Source: Candidatus Electronema halotolerans
GTDB lineage: Bacteria > Desulfobacterota > Desulfobulbia > Desulfobulbales > Desulfobulbaceae
DNA length: 32,000 nucleotides
NCBI GenBank assembly: GCA_942493095.1
Contig: OW818675.1
Span: 870,001 to 902,000 of the forward strand
Direction of reading: 5' to 3'
A model generated the notes under the pieces. The model did no database searches. It was not told where the DNA came from and worked only from the letters and a program-made list of their open reading frames with translations. Position numbers and translations under genes: made by a program. Shown piece after piece: positions 23,768 through 32,000 of this stretch. The stretch's first letter is position 1. Each line of letters opens with the position of its first letter.

Positions 23768-24826
23768 ATGAATAATTTTACACAGGACATAGTGAGATCA
23801 ATGAAAAGAGCAATTATTTTAGACCCGAAGATGCGTGCAGAATTTGTTCATCGATTCGATGAGATAAATGTAGAGTATGTTAAGCGGGTCGATAGGCTGC
23901 GAACCGTTAGACTTGAACCTCGCATATTACCCTATACCAAGGATAGGATGAAAGAACTCATAGATAAATTGCATAAAGACGAAAATATGCCTCTTGATGC
24001 TGCGACGGCGCAAATCATGGAACGGTTTGCTCGACCGGCATATTTTGTTCAGGACGATTCTTTTGACACACGGAATACCCCGTCAACCTCGGAGTTGATA
24101 GACAACACGGTGAATAAGGCCAAGAGCTTGATTGAGAAAGCTCTTCCCAGTGTCGGTCGTATCAACCTGCGCAACCACAGATTATCCTGGGTCGGGACCG
24201 GATGGGTAATTGCGGAAAACATCTTGGTCACGAATCGGCATGTAGCAACCGAGTTTGCCGGACATGAGGGAGATAGTTTTGTTTTTATCAGAACAGCAGG
24301 GCAGACCGCCAAGGCCGAATTAGACACTGTCCGTGAATACAAGTCCCAGAAAGAAAAGCTCTATAAAATTCGCAAGGTGCTGTGGATTGCCCCTCCAAGT
24401 TTTGAGCATGATATAGCATTCCTGTCAATAGATAAAGAATCAAATTATAATAATCCGCAGCCGCCCCCGATTGATCTGATGGATATAAGCAGCTTTGAAG
24501 ATATTCCGAACGATCATTGGATCGCCGTGATCGGATATCCCGGCAGGAGTTCCGATGATATTACAGACCAGCAACTCATCTTTGATGGTATTTATGATGT
24601 CAAACGAATACAACCCGGTCAGATAAAGGCAAAAAACAGTGCTGCCGGTATAGTGGAGCATGATGCATCAACTTTGAATGGCAACTCCGGGTCGGTGGTG
24701 CTCGACCTCACTTCCGGCAAAGCCATCGGACTTCATTTCCTCGGCATACTGGGGGAAAGGAGAATCAACAAAGCTGTGGCCGCACCTGTCATCAGGGAAC
24801 TGCTCTATAAGCATGTCCTCAGTTAA
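23768..24826 (+). CDS. Cytoplasmic-looking trypsin-like (chymotrypsin-fold, Trypsin_2-type) serine protease with ~90-aa N-terminal helical module (352 aa)
   Basis: The catalytic triad context is WVGTGWVIAENILVTNRHVA (His), EHDIAFLSI (Asp) and LNGNSGSVVLD (Ser). There is no N-terminal hydrophobic signal sequence. GGAG lies 4 nt upstream of the ATG. The coding sequence is AT-rich. Confidence 0.8.
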   Translation: MNNFTQDIVRSMKRAIILDPKMRAEFVHRFDEINVEYVKRVDRLRTVRLEPRILPYTKDRMKELIDKLHKDENMPLDAATAQIMERFARPAYFVQDDSFDTRNTPSTSELIDNTVNKAKSLIEKALPSVGRINLRNHRLSWVGTGWVIAENILVTNRHVATEFAGHEGDSFVFIRTAGQTAKAELDTVREYKSQKEKLYKIRKVLWIAPPSFEHDIAFLSIDKESNYNNPQPPPIDLMDISSFEDIPNDHWIAVIGYPGRSSDDITDQQLIFDGIYDVKRIQPGQIKAKNSAAGIVEHDASTLNGNSGSVVLDLTSGKAIGLHFLGILGERRINKAVAAPVIRELLYKHVLS

Positions 24827-24899
24827 AACATCTTTGCAAGGGTATTCACTGCTGCAAGGAAATTAAACCATCACATTCAGTTAATTGGAGGAGAACATC

Positions 24900-27074
24900 A
24901 TGGACAGCAATCTTATTTTTTCAGACCCTAAGATGCGTGAAGAATTCCTTGATCGTTTCGACGACCTACGCAACGAGTTTCTTGCTCGTACACCTCTCAG
25001 TGAGGACGAAAAGAAGGAATTGGAAGCTCACACCAAAGATGATGCCGACAAGGCTGTGAAAATCGTCAAAGAAGGTCTCAGTACCCCTGTATCCAAAGTA
25101 CTGGAGGCGATTATCATTCGATATGGTCGCCCGGCGTATTTTGTTCAGAATGACTCGTTCAATACGGATAATACGCCCTCGACGGCTGACAAAGTTGACC
25201 AAACAGTCAATAAGGACAGAGCTGTGATTGAGAAAGCCATTCCGAGTGTTGGCCGCATCAACTTGCGCAATCATAGAATGCCTTGGGTCGGCACCGGCTG
25301 GGTAGTTGCAGAAAATGTCCTTGTAACAAACCGCCATGTGGCAGCCGAATTCGCTAGGGAAAGAAATGGAAATTTTGTCTTTGTTGGCAACACCAAGGCC
25401 AGCTTGGATACCGTCCAAGAATACGATGCGGGTGGCAGAGAGAAGATGTATCGTCTTCAAAAGGTGCTGTGGATCGCTCCGCCCGACGGGGAACATGACG
25501 TGGCATTTCTGTCCATCGATAAAAAATCAAACTATGATGATCATCCGCAGCCCACCCCGATTGAGTTGATGGATCAGAAGGCGTTTGCCGCTTTATCCGT
25601 CAAACATTGGATTGCCGTGATCGGATATCCGGCCTTGAGTCCCTATAACGACCATGCGGATCAGCAGCGTATCTTTGATGGAGTTTTTAATGTCAAGAGG
25701 ATGCAGCCTGGTCAGATCATGGCAATACCTCGCGGCATGAGTGCAGTGGAGCACGATGCGACAACATTAGGCGGTAATTCGGGATCGGTCGTCCTTGATC
25801 TTGAAACGGGCAAGGCCTTGGCACTGCATTTTGGTGGCATCGAAGGAAAAAGCAACAGTGCTGTGGCGGCTCCTGTTGTTTCAGAACTGCTGGATAAGCA
25901 TATATTCGGTCTCAGACGACAAGTTTTTCCTGTTACGACACCACCATCTCAAGACTCGAAAGGTGAATCTCCGTCTTGCCAAGAGAGCTGTGCTGTATCA
26001 ACAGGTGGTACGGCAACTTGGAAGATACCGCTTGAAGTATCAGTGACTGTGGGAACTCCTGCGATGGTTTCCGCCGACGCTGGCACGTCAACTGCTCCAA
26101 GTGCTCCCAAAACTTCGGCAGCGTCTCTCAAGGCTTCTACAGCTATCAAGGAAGGTCTGTTCGGTAAGCGATCACCCGACTTTTCCCTTGATGAGCTAAG
26201 GGAGATGTTTTCCTTGTCTGCTCTAACAGAAAACGAATTCAACTGGAATACGGCCTTATCGTTAGCTGTCGCAAGCGAGCTTGCATATAGAAGCAAATCA
26301 GTTGTTGAGCGCACGGCGGCAGAATGGGGACTCAGTGCATGCAGATTTATAGACCAAGAGGAAACTCAATGTTTTATCGCCTCCCATGAAGGCAGTGTGC
26401 TGGTTTCTTTCCGAGGTTCCGAGAGCTTGGGTGATTGGCTGGCCAATATGAACGTTTTTACAGTCAAAAGGGAGTATGGAGATGTACATGAAGGCTTTTA
26501 TAACGGCTTTGCCGACGTACGGGAGATGCTAGAGGAAGAACTTGAGCGACGCTCGCCCGATCAAGTTCTGCTTACCGGTCACAGTCTCGGAGGAGCCTTG
26601 GCGACAATCGCAGCAGCGGAATGGAATGACAAATACACCATAGGTAGTGTTTACACCTTCGGTCAGCCTGCTGTCGGGAAAGAAGACTTTGAAGAGTTTT
26701 TCAGAAGCAAATTCTTCAGGACGAATTACAGCGATAAGTTCTTTAGATTCGTCAATGATGACGATATGGTCACACGCCTGCCTCCCCTGTACCGACATCT
26801 CGAAAAACTCTATCATTTCGACACAGGAAGCGAATTGACGACTCGAACTGAGTCTGTCTCAGGTATGGCGGCGACGACGGGCGAGCCGAAGATGATGTCG
26901 GAGAAAGAATTTACCAACCTTCAGTTGCTCATGAGGAGAACTGGCAGAGGAGATGCCGCTATTATCACTGAATCAGTTGACCGCCCTGTTTTGGAAGGAT
27001 TTTTTCCGAGTGTAAGCGATCATAGCTTAAACGAATATATCAGAAAGATTAAAAGCAGAATTTCTGCTTCGTAA
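24900..27074 (+). CDS. Fusion: paralogous trypsin-like serine protease, Ser/Thr/Pro/Ala linker, class-3 (Lipase_3) alpha/beta-hydrolase lipase domain (724 aa)
   Basis: The protease triad is VTNRHVA, EHDVAFLSI and LGGNSGSVVLD (Ser codon 25779-25781). The lipase nucleophile elbow is LLTGHSLGGALA (Ser codon 26583-26585), with VNDDDMVTRLP (Asp) and SDHSLNEYI (His). I chose ATG 24900, with GGAGGAG 6 nt upstream. The track start at 24885 is a TTG. Confidence 0.85.
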   Translation: MDSNLIFSDPKMREEFLDRFDDLRNEFLARTPLSEDEKKELEAHTKDDADKAVKIVKEGLSTPVSKVLEAIIIRYGRPAYFVQNDSFNTDNTPSTADKVDQTVNKDRAVIEKAIPSVGRINLRNHRMPWVGTGWVVAENVLVTNRHVAAEFARERNGNFVFVGNTKASLDTVQEYDAGGREKMYRLQKVLWIAPPDGEHDVAFLSIDKKSNYDDHPQPTPIELMDQKAFAALSVKHWIAVIGYPALSPYNDHADQQRIFDGVFNVKRMQPGQIMAIPRGMSAVEHDATTLGGNSGSVVLDLETGKALALHFGGIEGKSNSAVAAPVVSELLDKHIFGLRRQVFPVTTPPSQDSKGESPSCQESCAVSTGGTATWKIPLEVSVTVGTPAMVSADAGTSTAPSAPKTSAASLKASTAIKEGLFGKRSPDFSLDELREMFSLSALTENEFNWNTALSLAVASELAYRSKSVVERTAAEWGLSACRFIDQEETQCFIASHEGSVLVSFRGSESLGDWLANMNVFTVKREYGDVHEGFYNGFADVREMLEEELERRSPDQVLLTGHSLGGALATIAAAEWNDKYTIGSVYTFGQPAVGKEDFEEFFRSKFFRTNYSDKFFRFVNDDDMVTRLPPLYRHLEKLYHFDTGSELTTRTESVSGMAATTGEPKMMSEKEFTNLQLLMRRTGRGDAAIITESVDRPVLEGFFPSVSDHSLNEYIRKIKSRISAS

Positions 27075-27148
27075 GTTCCTCCTGCTCCTACTCGTGCAAA
27101 TTTGTTTTGGGGCAAGCACGAACATGATGTAGTATTCGGCAGGATGCC

Positions 27149-27180
27149 GTCCCCTATATCAAAAAAATGATACAGGGGAC
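27149..27180. terminator. Hairpin between convergent protease-lipase and glnS genes
   Basis: gtcccctatatc (27149-27160) pairs with gatacaggggac (27169-27180) as a 12-bp stem with one mismatch. The loop is A-rich on the plus strand and T-rich on the minus strand. There is no flanking U-tract. Confidence 0.35.
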
Positions 27181-27195
27181 ATAGCCCTGTGCAGT

Positions 27196-28890
27196 TCATT
27201 CTTGCTTCTGAGCCTTCTCCCAGCTGTCCCGCAAGGTGACAATCCGATTAAAGACCGGCCTGCCGGGTTGGCTTTCCTTGCTGTCCAAGCAGAAATAACC
27301 CTGCCGCTCGAACTGGAAGCGGTCGTCCAGCGTTGCCGCGCTCAGAGAAGGCTCGACAATGCTGTTCTTGAGCACGTTGCAGGAATCAGGGTTGATGAAT
27401 TCCTTAAAGTCACGCTCCTTGTCCGCATCCGGGCTTTCCACGCTGAATAGGCGGTCATAGAGACGGAGTTCTGCCAAGATGCCGTGCCGGGCGGAAACCC
27501 AGTGGATGGTGCCTTTGACCTTGCGTCCGTCCGGGGCCGAGCCGCCGCTGCTGGCTGGATCGTATGTGCAATGCAGCTCAACGACCTCGCCGTTCTCATT
27601 CTTGACCGCCTTCTGACAGGTGATCAGATAGGCATAGCGCAGGCGCACCTCGCGGCCCTCTGATAGACGGAAGAACTTTTTAGGCGCGTTCTCCATGAAG
27701 TCAGCGCGCTCCACATAAATTTCCCGGCAGAAGGGCAGCTTGCGGGTGCCCATGTCCGGGTTCTGCGGGTGATTCTGTCCCTCAAACTCCTCTGTCTTGT
27801 CTTCCGGGTAATTGGTGATGATTACCTTGAGCGGCTCCAAAACTCCCATCACCCTGGGCGCATGGATGTTGAGATCATCGCGGACAGCATTTTCCAAGAC
27901 ACCCATGTCAATCCACGATTCCCGCTTGCCCACGCCGACTGTGGCGCAGAAGCTGCGGATTGAGGCGGGCGTGTAGCCACGCCGACGCAGGCCGGAAATG
28001 GTCAGCATCCGGGGGTCATCCCAACCATCCACATACTTCTCATTGACTAATTGCAGGAGTTTGCGCTTGCTCATCACCGTGTAGCTGATGTTCAGGCGGG
28101 CGAACTCGTACTGGCGCGGGTGACAGGGCGTGTTCAGGGTGTCCAAGACCCAGTCGTACAAAGCGCGGTTGTTCTCAAACTCCAAGGTGCAGATGGAGTG
28201 GGTGATGCCCTCAATCATATCCGAAAGGCAGTGGCAGAAATCGTACATCGGGTAGATGCACCATTTGTCGCCGGTGCGGTGATGGTGCTTCTTCATGATC
28301 CGGTAGATGGCCGGGTCGCGCATGATGATGTAGGGCGAGGCCATGTCGATCTTGGCCCGCAGCGTGCAGGTTCCTTCTGCCAGCTCACCGTTGCGCATCT
28401 GGGCGAACAGGGCAAGATTCTCTTCCACCGAACGATTGCGGTACGGGCTTTCCTTGCCCGGCTCAGTCAAGGTGCCGCGATACTCGCGCATCTCCTCGCC
28501 GCTCAGGTGGCAGATATATGCCTTGCCCAGTTTGATGAGCTGGACGGCAAAATCGTGGAGCTGGTCGAAATAGTCTGAGGCATAATAGCGATGCTCGCCC
28601 CAGTCAAAGCCGAGCCAGCGCACGTCCCGCTGGATGGATTCAACGTACTCAACCGATTCCTTGCTGGGGTTGGTGTCGTCAAAGCGCAGGTGGCAGACCC
28701 CGTTGTTCTCCTTGGCAATGCCGAAGTTCAGGCAGATGGACTTGGCATGGCCGATGTGCAGGAAGCCGTTCGGCTCCGGCGGGAAGCGGGTGACGATTTT
28801 CGTGTGCTTGCCAGTGGCAAGGTCTTCGGCAACAATCTGCCGGATGAAATCAAGGGGCTTGTCAGGGGAGCTGGAGGTTTCAGCAGTCAT
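27196..28890 (-). CDS. glnS: Glutaminyl-tRNA synthetase
   Basis: The HIGH motif is [14 protein letters not shown] and the KMSKS-type motif is VMSKRKL. The length (564 aa) and conserved blocks ([15 protein letters not shown]...[10 protein letters not shown]) are typical of GlnRS. Confidence 0.95.
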   Translation of the reverse strand: MTAETSSSPDKPLDFIRQIVAEDLATGKHTKIVTRFPPEPNGFLHIGHAKSICLNFGIAKENNGVCHLRFDDTNPSKESVEYVESIQRDVRWLGFDWGEHRYYASDYFDQLHDFAVQLIKLGKAYICHLSGEEMREYRGTLTEPGKESPYRNRSVEENLALFAQMRNGELAEGTCTLRAKIDMASPYIIMRDPAIYRIMKKHHHRTGDKWCIYPMYDFCHCLSDMIEGITHSICTLEFENNRALYDWVLDTLNTPCHPRQYEFARLNISYTVMSKRKLLQLVNEKYVDGWDDPRMLTISGLRRRGYTPASIRSFCATVGVGKRESWIDMGVLENAVRDDLNIHAPRVMGVLEPLKVIITNYPEDKTEEFEGQNHPQNPDMGTRKLPFCREIYVERADFMENAPKKFFRLSEGREVRLRYAYLITCQKAVKNENGEVVELHCTYDPASSGGSAPDGRKVKGTIHWVSARHGILAELRLYDRLFSVESPDADKERDFKEFINPDSCNVLKNSIVEPSLSAATLDDRFQFERQGYFCLDSKESQPGRPVFNRIVTLRDSWEKAQKQE

Positions 28891-29575
28891 ATTTGCAACT
28901 GGAGGTGGACTTTTTGTAAGTCTGAATTCGTATGATTATACTCTTCAAATAACTGATATTAAAAAACAAGACTCAAGAGTATTCTAAAAGCAGCCACCAA
29001 GCCATTTTCAGAGCTTCTGGATGAGAGCTGCCAAGGCCTGAGTCTTGCCGAGAGGTACTATATCCAAGTGGAGCGAAAAAAGAAAGTGTCCCAAGGCAAG
29101 ACCGCACAGATGAGAGGACGTTCTCTGGGTGCATAATTTCTTGTGAACGTAACGGTTCATCAGTGCTGAAAAAAAACAAAGAAGACGGCATGAACACCGT
29201 CGCGGTCACGGATCACGGGATTGCCGCCTTCCAAGTGGCCGAAAACGTTGCTGCGGAGCGCGTCCGCAAAGACAGGATGCAGACTTTTGATTTGAAAAAA
29301 TTTGTTCGCAGCTTTAAGCTGCAAGAGGCAGGCATTGGGCCGAGGGAGGTGCTGGCAAAAATGCGCTGCCTTGGCAGAAAAGCAGGCAGTGATGGTGGAG
29401 ATTAGGGCTGTCATTGAATATATTTATGAGTTACGCAGTTGGAAAAAAGTGTCGAAGTGCCGCATGGCCTGATCAGGGCACCAAAAAAAGCCGTATTTAC
29501 AACGATATGATTTATCAGGAACAAGTCATGCGTTTGCCTTGTGGATGTTGACTGGTGCGGCACGGTTGTCTGGCC

Positions 29576-29595
29576 GGGCAATATTGACATTGCCC
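29576..29595. repeat. Degenerate relative of the GGGCAAT...ATTGCCC palindrome
   Basis: gggcaat (29576-29582), attgac, then attgccc (29589-29595). It shares the arm sequence of the 28-nt palindromes at 15129 and 30152 but has a different loop. Confidence 0.35.
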
Positions 29596-29686
29596 CGGAG
29601 AAAGAGCGACGATAAAAATAATTTGAGGAGAACACTCTGTATCCTCTCATAATCTTCCTTTGCTTCTGCGAGGCTATTAAACTACG

Positions 29687-30040
29687 ATGAAAAAACTTAT
29701 GATTCTTAAATTGTATTCGATTCCTATTGCATTTACAATAGGATCCTGTTTGACGTTTTACACATTTGGCATCTGTATCCCAAATATCCTTCAAGGACCT
29801 GTTGTGTTTTCAACGTTGAGCGAAAATTCTGTATCACTTGCCCCTGTCGTATTTCTGATCGGGATGTTGTTAGCGTTATTGTCCGCGATATGTCCTTCAG
29901 TTCGGCTATACAAATGGCTTGAAGGCGAAACGGATGGAATGGAACTCTGTCCACATTGTGGAGGGTTAACTGATGATAAAACTGGTCGCTATGGTCCATA
30001 CAGAAAATGTCTGGCTTGCGGAAAAAATAGCAAAAGATAA
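29687..30040 (+). CDS. Small membrane protein with C-terminal zinc ribbon (117 aa), hypothetical
   Basis: There are two or three hydrophobic helices (LYSIPIAFTIGSCLTFYTFGICI; LAPVVFLIGMLLALLSAICPSV). The C-terminus CPHCGG...GRYGPYRKCLACG is reminiscent of the topoisomerase-type C4 finger. The sequence is very AT-rich and I see no clear RBS. Confidence 0.4.
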   Translation: MKKLMILKLYSIPIAFTIGSCLTFYTFGICIPNILQGPVVFSTLSENSVSLAPVVFLIGMLLALLSAICPSVRLYKWLEGETDGMELCPHCGGLTDDKTGRYGPYRKCLACGKNSKR

Positions 30041-30151
30041 TAGGTTGATCGTATCCCGCGATACGTTCAACCGCCCTGAACATCGCTTGAACGAACCTTG
30101 GCCGCCGTTTTTCGCCTCCGGCGGGCGGAAGAACGGCATGAGAAATCCGCA

Positions 30152-30179
30152 GTAAGGGCAATTCATGAATTGCCCTTAC
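30152..30179. repeat. Perfect 28-nt palindrome, second copy of the REP-like element
   Basis: GTAAGGGCAATTCATGAATTGCCCTTAC is its own reverse complement. It differs from the 15129-15156 copy only at two mirror positions. It lies 38 nt upstream of the RND pump ATG. Confidence 0.7.
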
Positions 30180-30217
30180 GCCAGCATACGCCAACAAGCA
30201 CCCAAAGGGGGAGTCTG

Positions 30218-32000
30218 ATGCTCTCAAAGTTTTTCCTTGACCGGCCCGTCTTTGCTTGGGTCATTGCCATCATCATCATGACCGTGGGCGCACTGGCCAT
30301 CCACCAGATGCCCATCTCCCAATATCCGCCCATTGCGCCGCCTGCCATCGCCATTGATGCTTTTTTTCCGGGCGCGTCCGCCGAGACCGTGGAGAACACC
30401 GTCACTCAGATTGTCGAGCAGAAGATGACCGGGCTGGACGACATGATCTATCTCTCCGGCACCAGTTCCTCATCCGGCTCGTCGCGGGTGGAGCTGACCT
30501 TTGCCGCTGGAACTGATCCTGATTTGGCCTGGGCCAAGGTGCAGAACAAGCTCCAGCTCGCCCTTGCCAGCCTGCCGGACGTGGTCCAGCGTTCTGGGGT
30601 GCAGGTGAGCAAATCCACCCGCAACTGGCTGCTCATTCCGGCCCTGATCTCGGAAGACGGCAGCATGGACAGCAACGACCTCCAGGACTATGCCCAGTCC
30701 AATCTGGAGAAGGTGCTGGCCCGCATCCCCGGTGTCGGTGAGGTGAATTCCTTTGGTTCTCAGTACGCCATGCGCATCTGGATCAACCCTGACAAGCTGA
30801 CCAGTTACAGCCTGACCTTTGCCGACGTGATGACCGCCCTGCGCTCCTATAACGTGGAGGTCTCAGCCGGGCAGCTTGGCGGCACTCCGGCTGAGGCGGG
30901 CCAGCGGCTCAATGCGCCCATTGTTGTCCAGCATCTGCTCCAGACCCCGGAGGAATTTGCCGAGATACCAATCCGTATTAACCAAGATGGCTCGGCAGTG
31001 CGGGTTAAAGATGTGGGCCGGGCTGAATTAGCCATTGAGCGCAGCGACTCGGTGGTGCGGAGCAACGGCAGGCCCGCCGCAGGCATGGCAGTGCGGCAGG
31101 CTGCCGGAGCCAATGCCTTGGCCACGGCCACTGCGATCAAGGCAAAACTGGAGGAGATGAGCAAGTTCTTCCCGCCCGGCATAAAGGTGATCTATCCCTA
31201 CGACACCACGCCCTTCACCAAGGTCTCGATTCACGAGGTGATCAAGACCCTGTTCGAGGCGATTTTTCTCGTCTTCATCATCATGTACGTGTTCATGGGC
31301 AACATCCGGGCCACGCTCATTCCGACCATTGCCGTGCCCGTGGTCCTGCTCGGCACCTTTGCCGTGCTTGGCTTTGCCGGATACTCGGTCAATATGCTGA
31401 CCATGTTCGCGATGGTTCTGGCCATTGGTCTGCTGGTGGATGATGCCATTGTCGTGGTGGAAAACGTGGAGCGCATCATGAGCGAAGAGGGATTGCCGCC
31501 CAAGCAGGCCACAGCCAAGTCTATGGACGAGATCACCAGCGCCCTGATCGGCATAGGCCTGGTCCTGTCGGCAGTCTTCGGGCCAATGGCTTTTTTCCCC
31601 GGCTCCACCGGCGTGCTCTACCGTCAGTTCTCTGTCACGCTGATTGCGGCCATGCTGTTCTCGGTGGTCGTGGCACTGATCCTGACCCCGGTGCTCTGCG
31701 CCTCCTTCCTCCGCCCGGTCAAGGCCGGACATGCGCCGTCGGAAAACGCCATATTCTTCATGCGCCCCTTCTTTGCCGTGTTCGAGTTCTTCTTCGGCGG
31801 CATCCGCAGCCTCTATGTGGGCTTTGTCGCCTTTTCCCTGAAGGTGAAATTCATCTTCATCATTTTCTATCTGCTCATTCTGGCCTTGGTCGGCTTCCTC
31901 TTCCAGCGGATGCCCACTTCCTATATCCCGGATGAGGATCAGGGCATGGTTTTGGTCCAGATCATGCTGCCTTCCGGTGCCACTCTGGAGCAGTCAGAAG
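30218..32000 (+). CDS. RND efflux permease, HAE1/AcrB-like (5' portion; continues beyond the window)
   Basis: MLSKFFLDRPVFAWVIAIIIMTVGALAIHQMPISQYPPIAPPAI... is a typical AcrB N-terminus, and LAIGLLVDDAIVVVENVERIM is the conserved TM4 region. The frame is open to the window end. An AAGGGGGA RBS precedes the ATG. It is absent from the ORF track because it has no stop. Confidence 0.9.
   Translation, partial: MLSKFFLDRPVFAWVIAIIIMTVGALAIHQMPISQYPPIAPPAIAIDAFFPGASAETVENTVTQIVEQKMTGLDDMIYLSGTSSSSGSSRVELTFAAGTDPDLAWAKVQNKLQLALASLPDVVQRSGVQVSKSTRNWLLIPALISEDGSMDSNDLQDYAQSNLEKVLARIPGVGEVNSFGSQYAMRIWINPDKLTSYSLTFADVMTALRSYNVEVSAGQLGGTPAEAGQRLNAPIVVQHLLQTPEEFAEIPIRINQDGSAVRVKDVGRAELAIERSDSVVRSNGRPAAGMAVRQAAGANALATATAIKAKLEEMSKFFPPGIKVIYPYDTTPFTKVSIHEVIKTLFEAIFLVFIIMYVFMGNIRATLIPTIAVPVVLLGTFAVLGFAGYSVNMLTMFAMVLAIGLLVDDAIVVVENVERIMSEEGLPPKQATAKSMDEITSALIGIGLVLSAVFGPMAFFPGSTGVLYRQFSVTLIAAMLFSVVVALILTPVLCASFLRPVKAGHAPSENAIFFMRPFFAVFEFFFGGIRSLYVGFVAFSLKVKFIFIIFYLLILALVGFLFQRMPTSYIPDEDQGMVLVQIMLPSGATLEQSE

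Noticed and set aside
23768-27074. The possibility that the two proteases are ordinary secreted or periplasmic (HtrA/V8-type) enzymes or T6SS Tle-type lipase effectors.
   Set aside because: This is not fully excluded. However, neither protein has an N-terminal signal peptide, lipobox or PDZ domain. No secretion-system, immunity or chaperone gene is adjacent. I therefore kept the pair as a finding rather than annotating it as a known class.
29163-29405. An 80-aa ORF whose N-terminus (DGMNTVAVTDHGIAAF) recalls the PHP-domain start of DNA polymerase III alpha (GMPA.AITDHGN.FGA). It might be a gene fragment or pseudogene.
   Set aside because: The similarity covers only about 12 residues and the rest has no resemblance. 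There is no RBS. This is too little evidence to call a CDS or a pseudogene.
1-32000. A search for tRNA/rRNA genes, CRISPR repeats, transposase/integrase genes or terminal inverted repeats flanking the AT-rich islands.
   Set aside because: I saw no T-loop/acceptor-stem signatures, no short regularly spaced repeats and no recognisable recombinase ORF. I also found no direct repeats bracketing 23385-27195 by eye. A computational repeat search could still find short att-like duplications.

Overview
This is a bacterial chromosomal segment with mostly high G+C and two clearly AT-richer patches. All family calls come from reading motifs in the translations by eye; no searches were run.

Layout:
(1) 1-7955, + strand. 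A translationally coupled set: the 3' end of an unknown gene, a zinc-ribbon/TM/LysM-like protein, a TPR-like helical protein and a small J-domain-like protein. A 1460-aa SF1 (Upf1/DNA2-like) helicase with a C-terminal DUF559/Vsr-like nuclease domain follows.
(2) 8035-19945, - strand. A Wood-Ljungdahl carbonyl-branch cluster: three tandem near-identical 2x[4Fe-4S] ferredoxins, a Fe-S/DUF3786-like protein, folD, Ni-CODH (cooS/acsA), a MetF-AcsD fusion with an Ala/Lys/Glu repeat linker, acsB and acsC. An AT-rich YoeB-type toxin-antitoxin cassette sits between acsB and acsC. REP-like palindromes sit between cooS and metF-acsD.
(3) 20448-23330. An outer-membrane beta-barrel protein, then a convergent P-loop kinase-like gene and an APH-like phosphotransferase gene.
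(4) 23385-27195. An AT-rich island with two paralogous, signal-peptide-less trypsin-like serine protease genes. The second is fused to a class-3 lipase domain. This is my best candidate for an undescribed conflict or toxin module.
(5) glnS (- strand), a second AT-rich patch with a small membrane zinc-ribbon ORF, and the 5' part of an RND (AcrB-like) efflux permease that runs off the window.

I saw no rRNA, tRNA, CRISPR array or recognisable transposase. The pathway content suggests an anaerobe, possibly a sulfate reducer or acetogen, but that is inference only.
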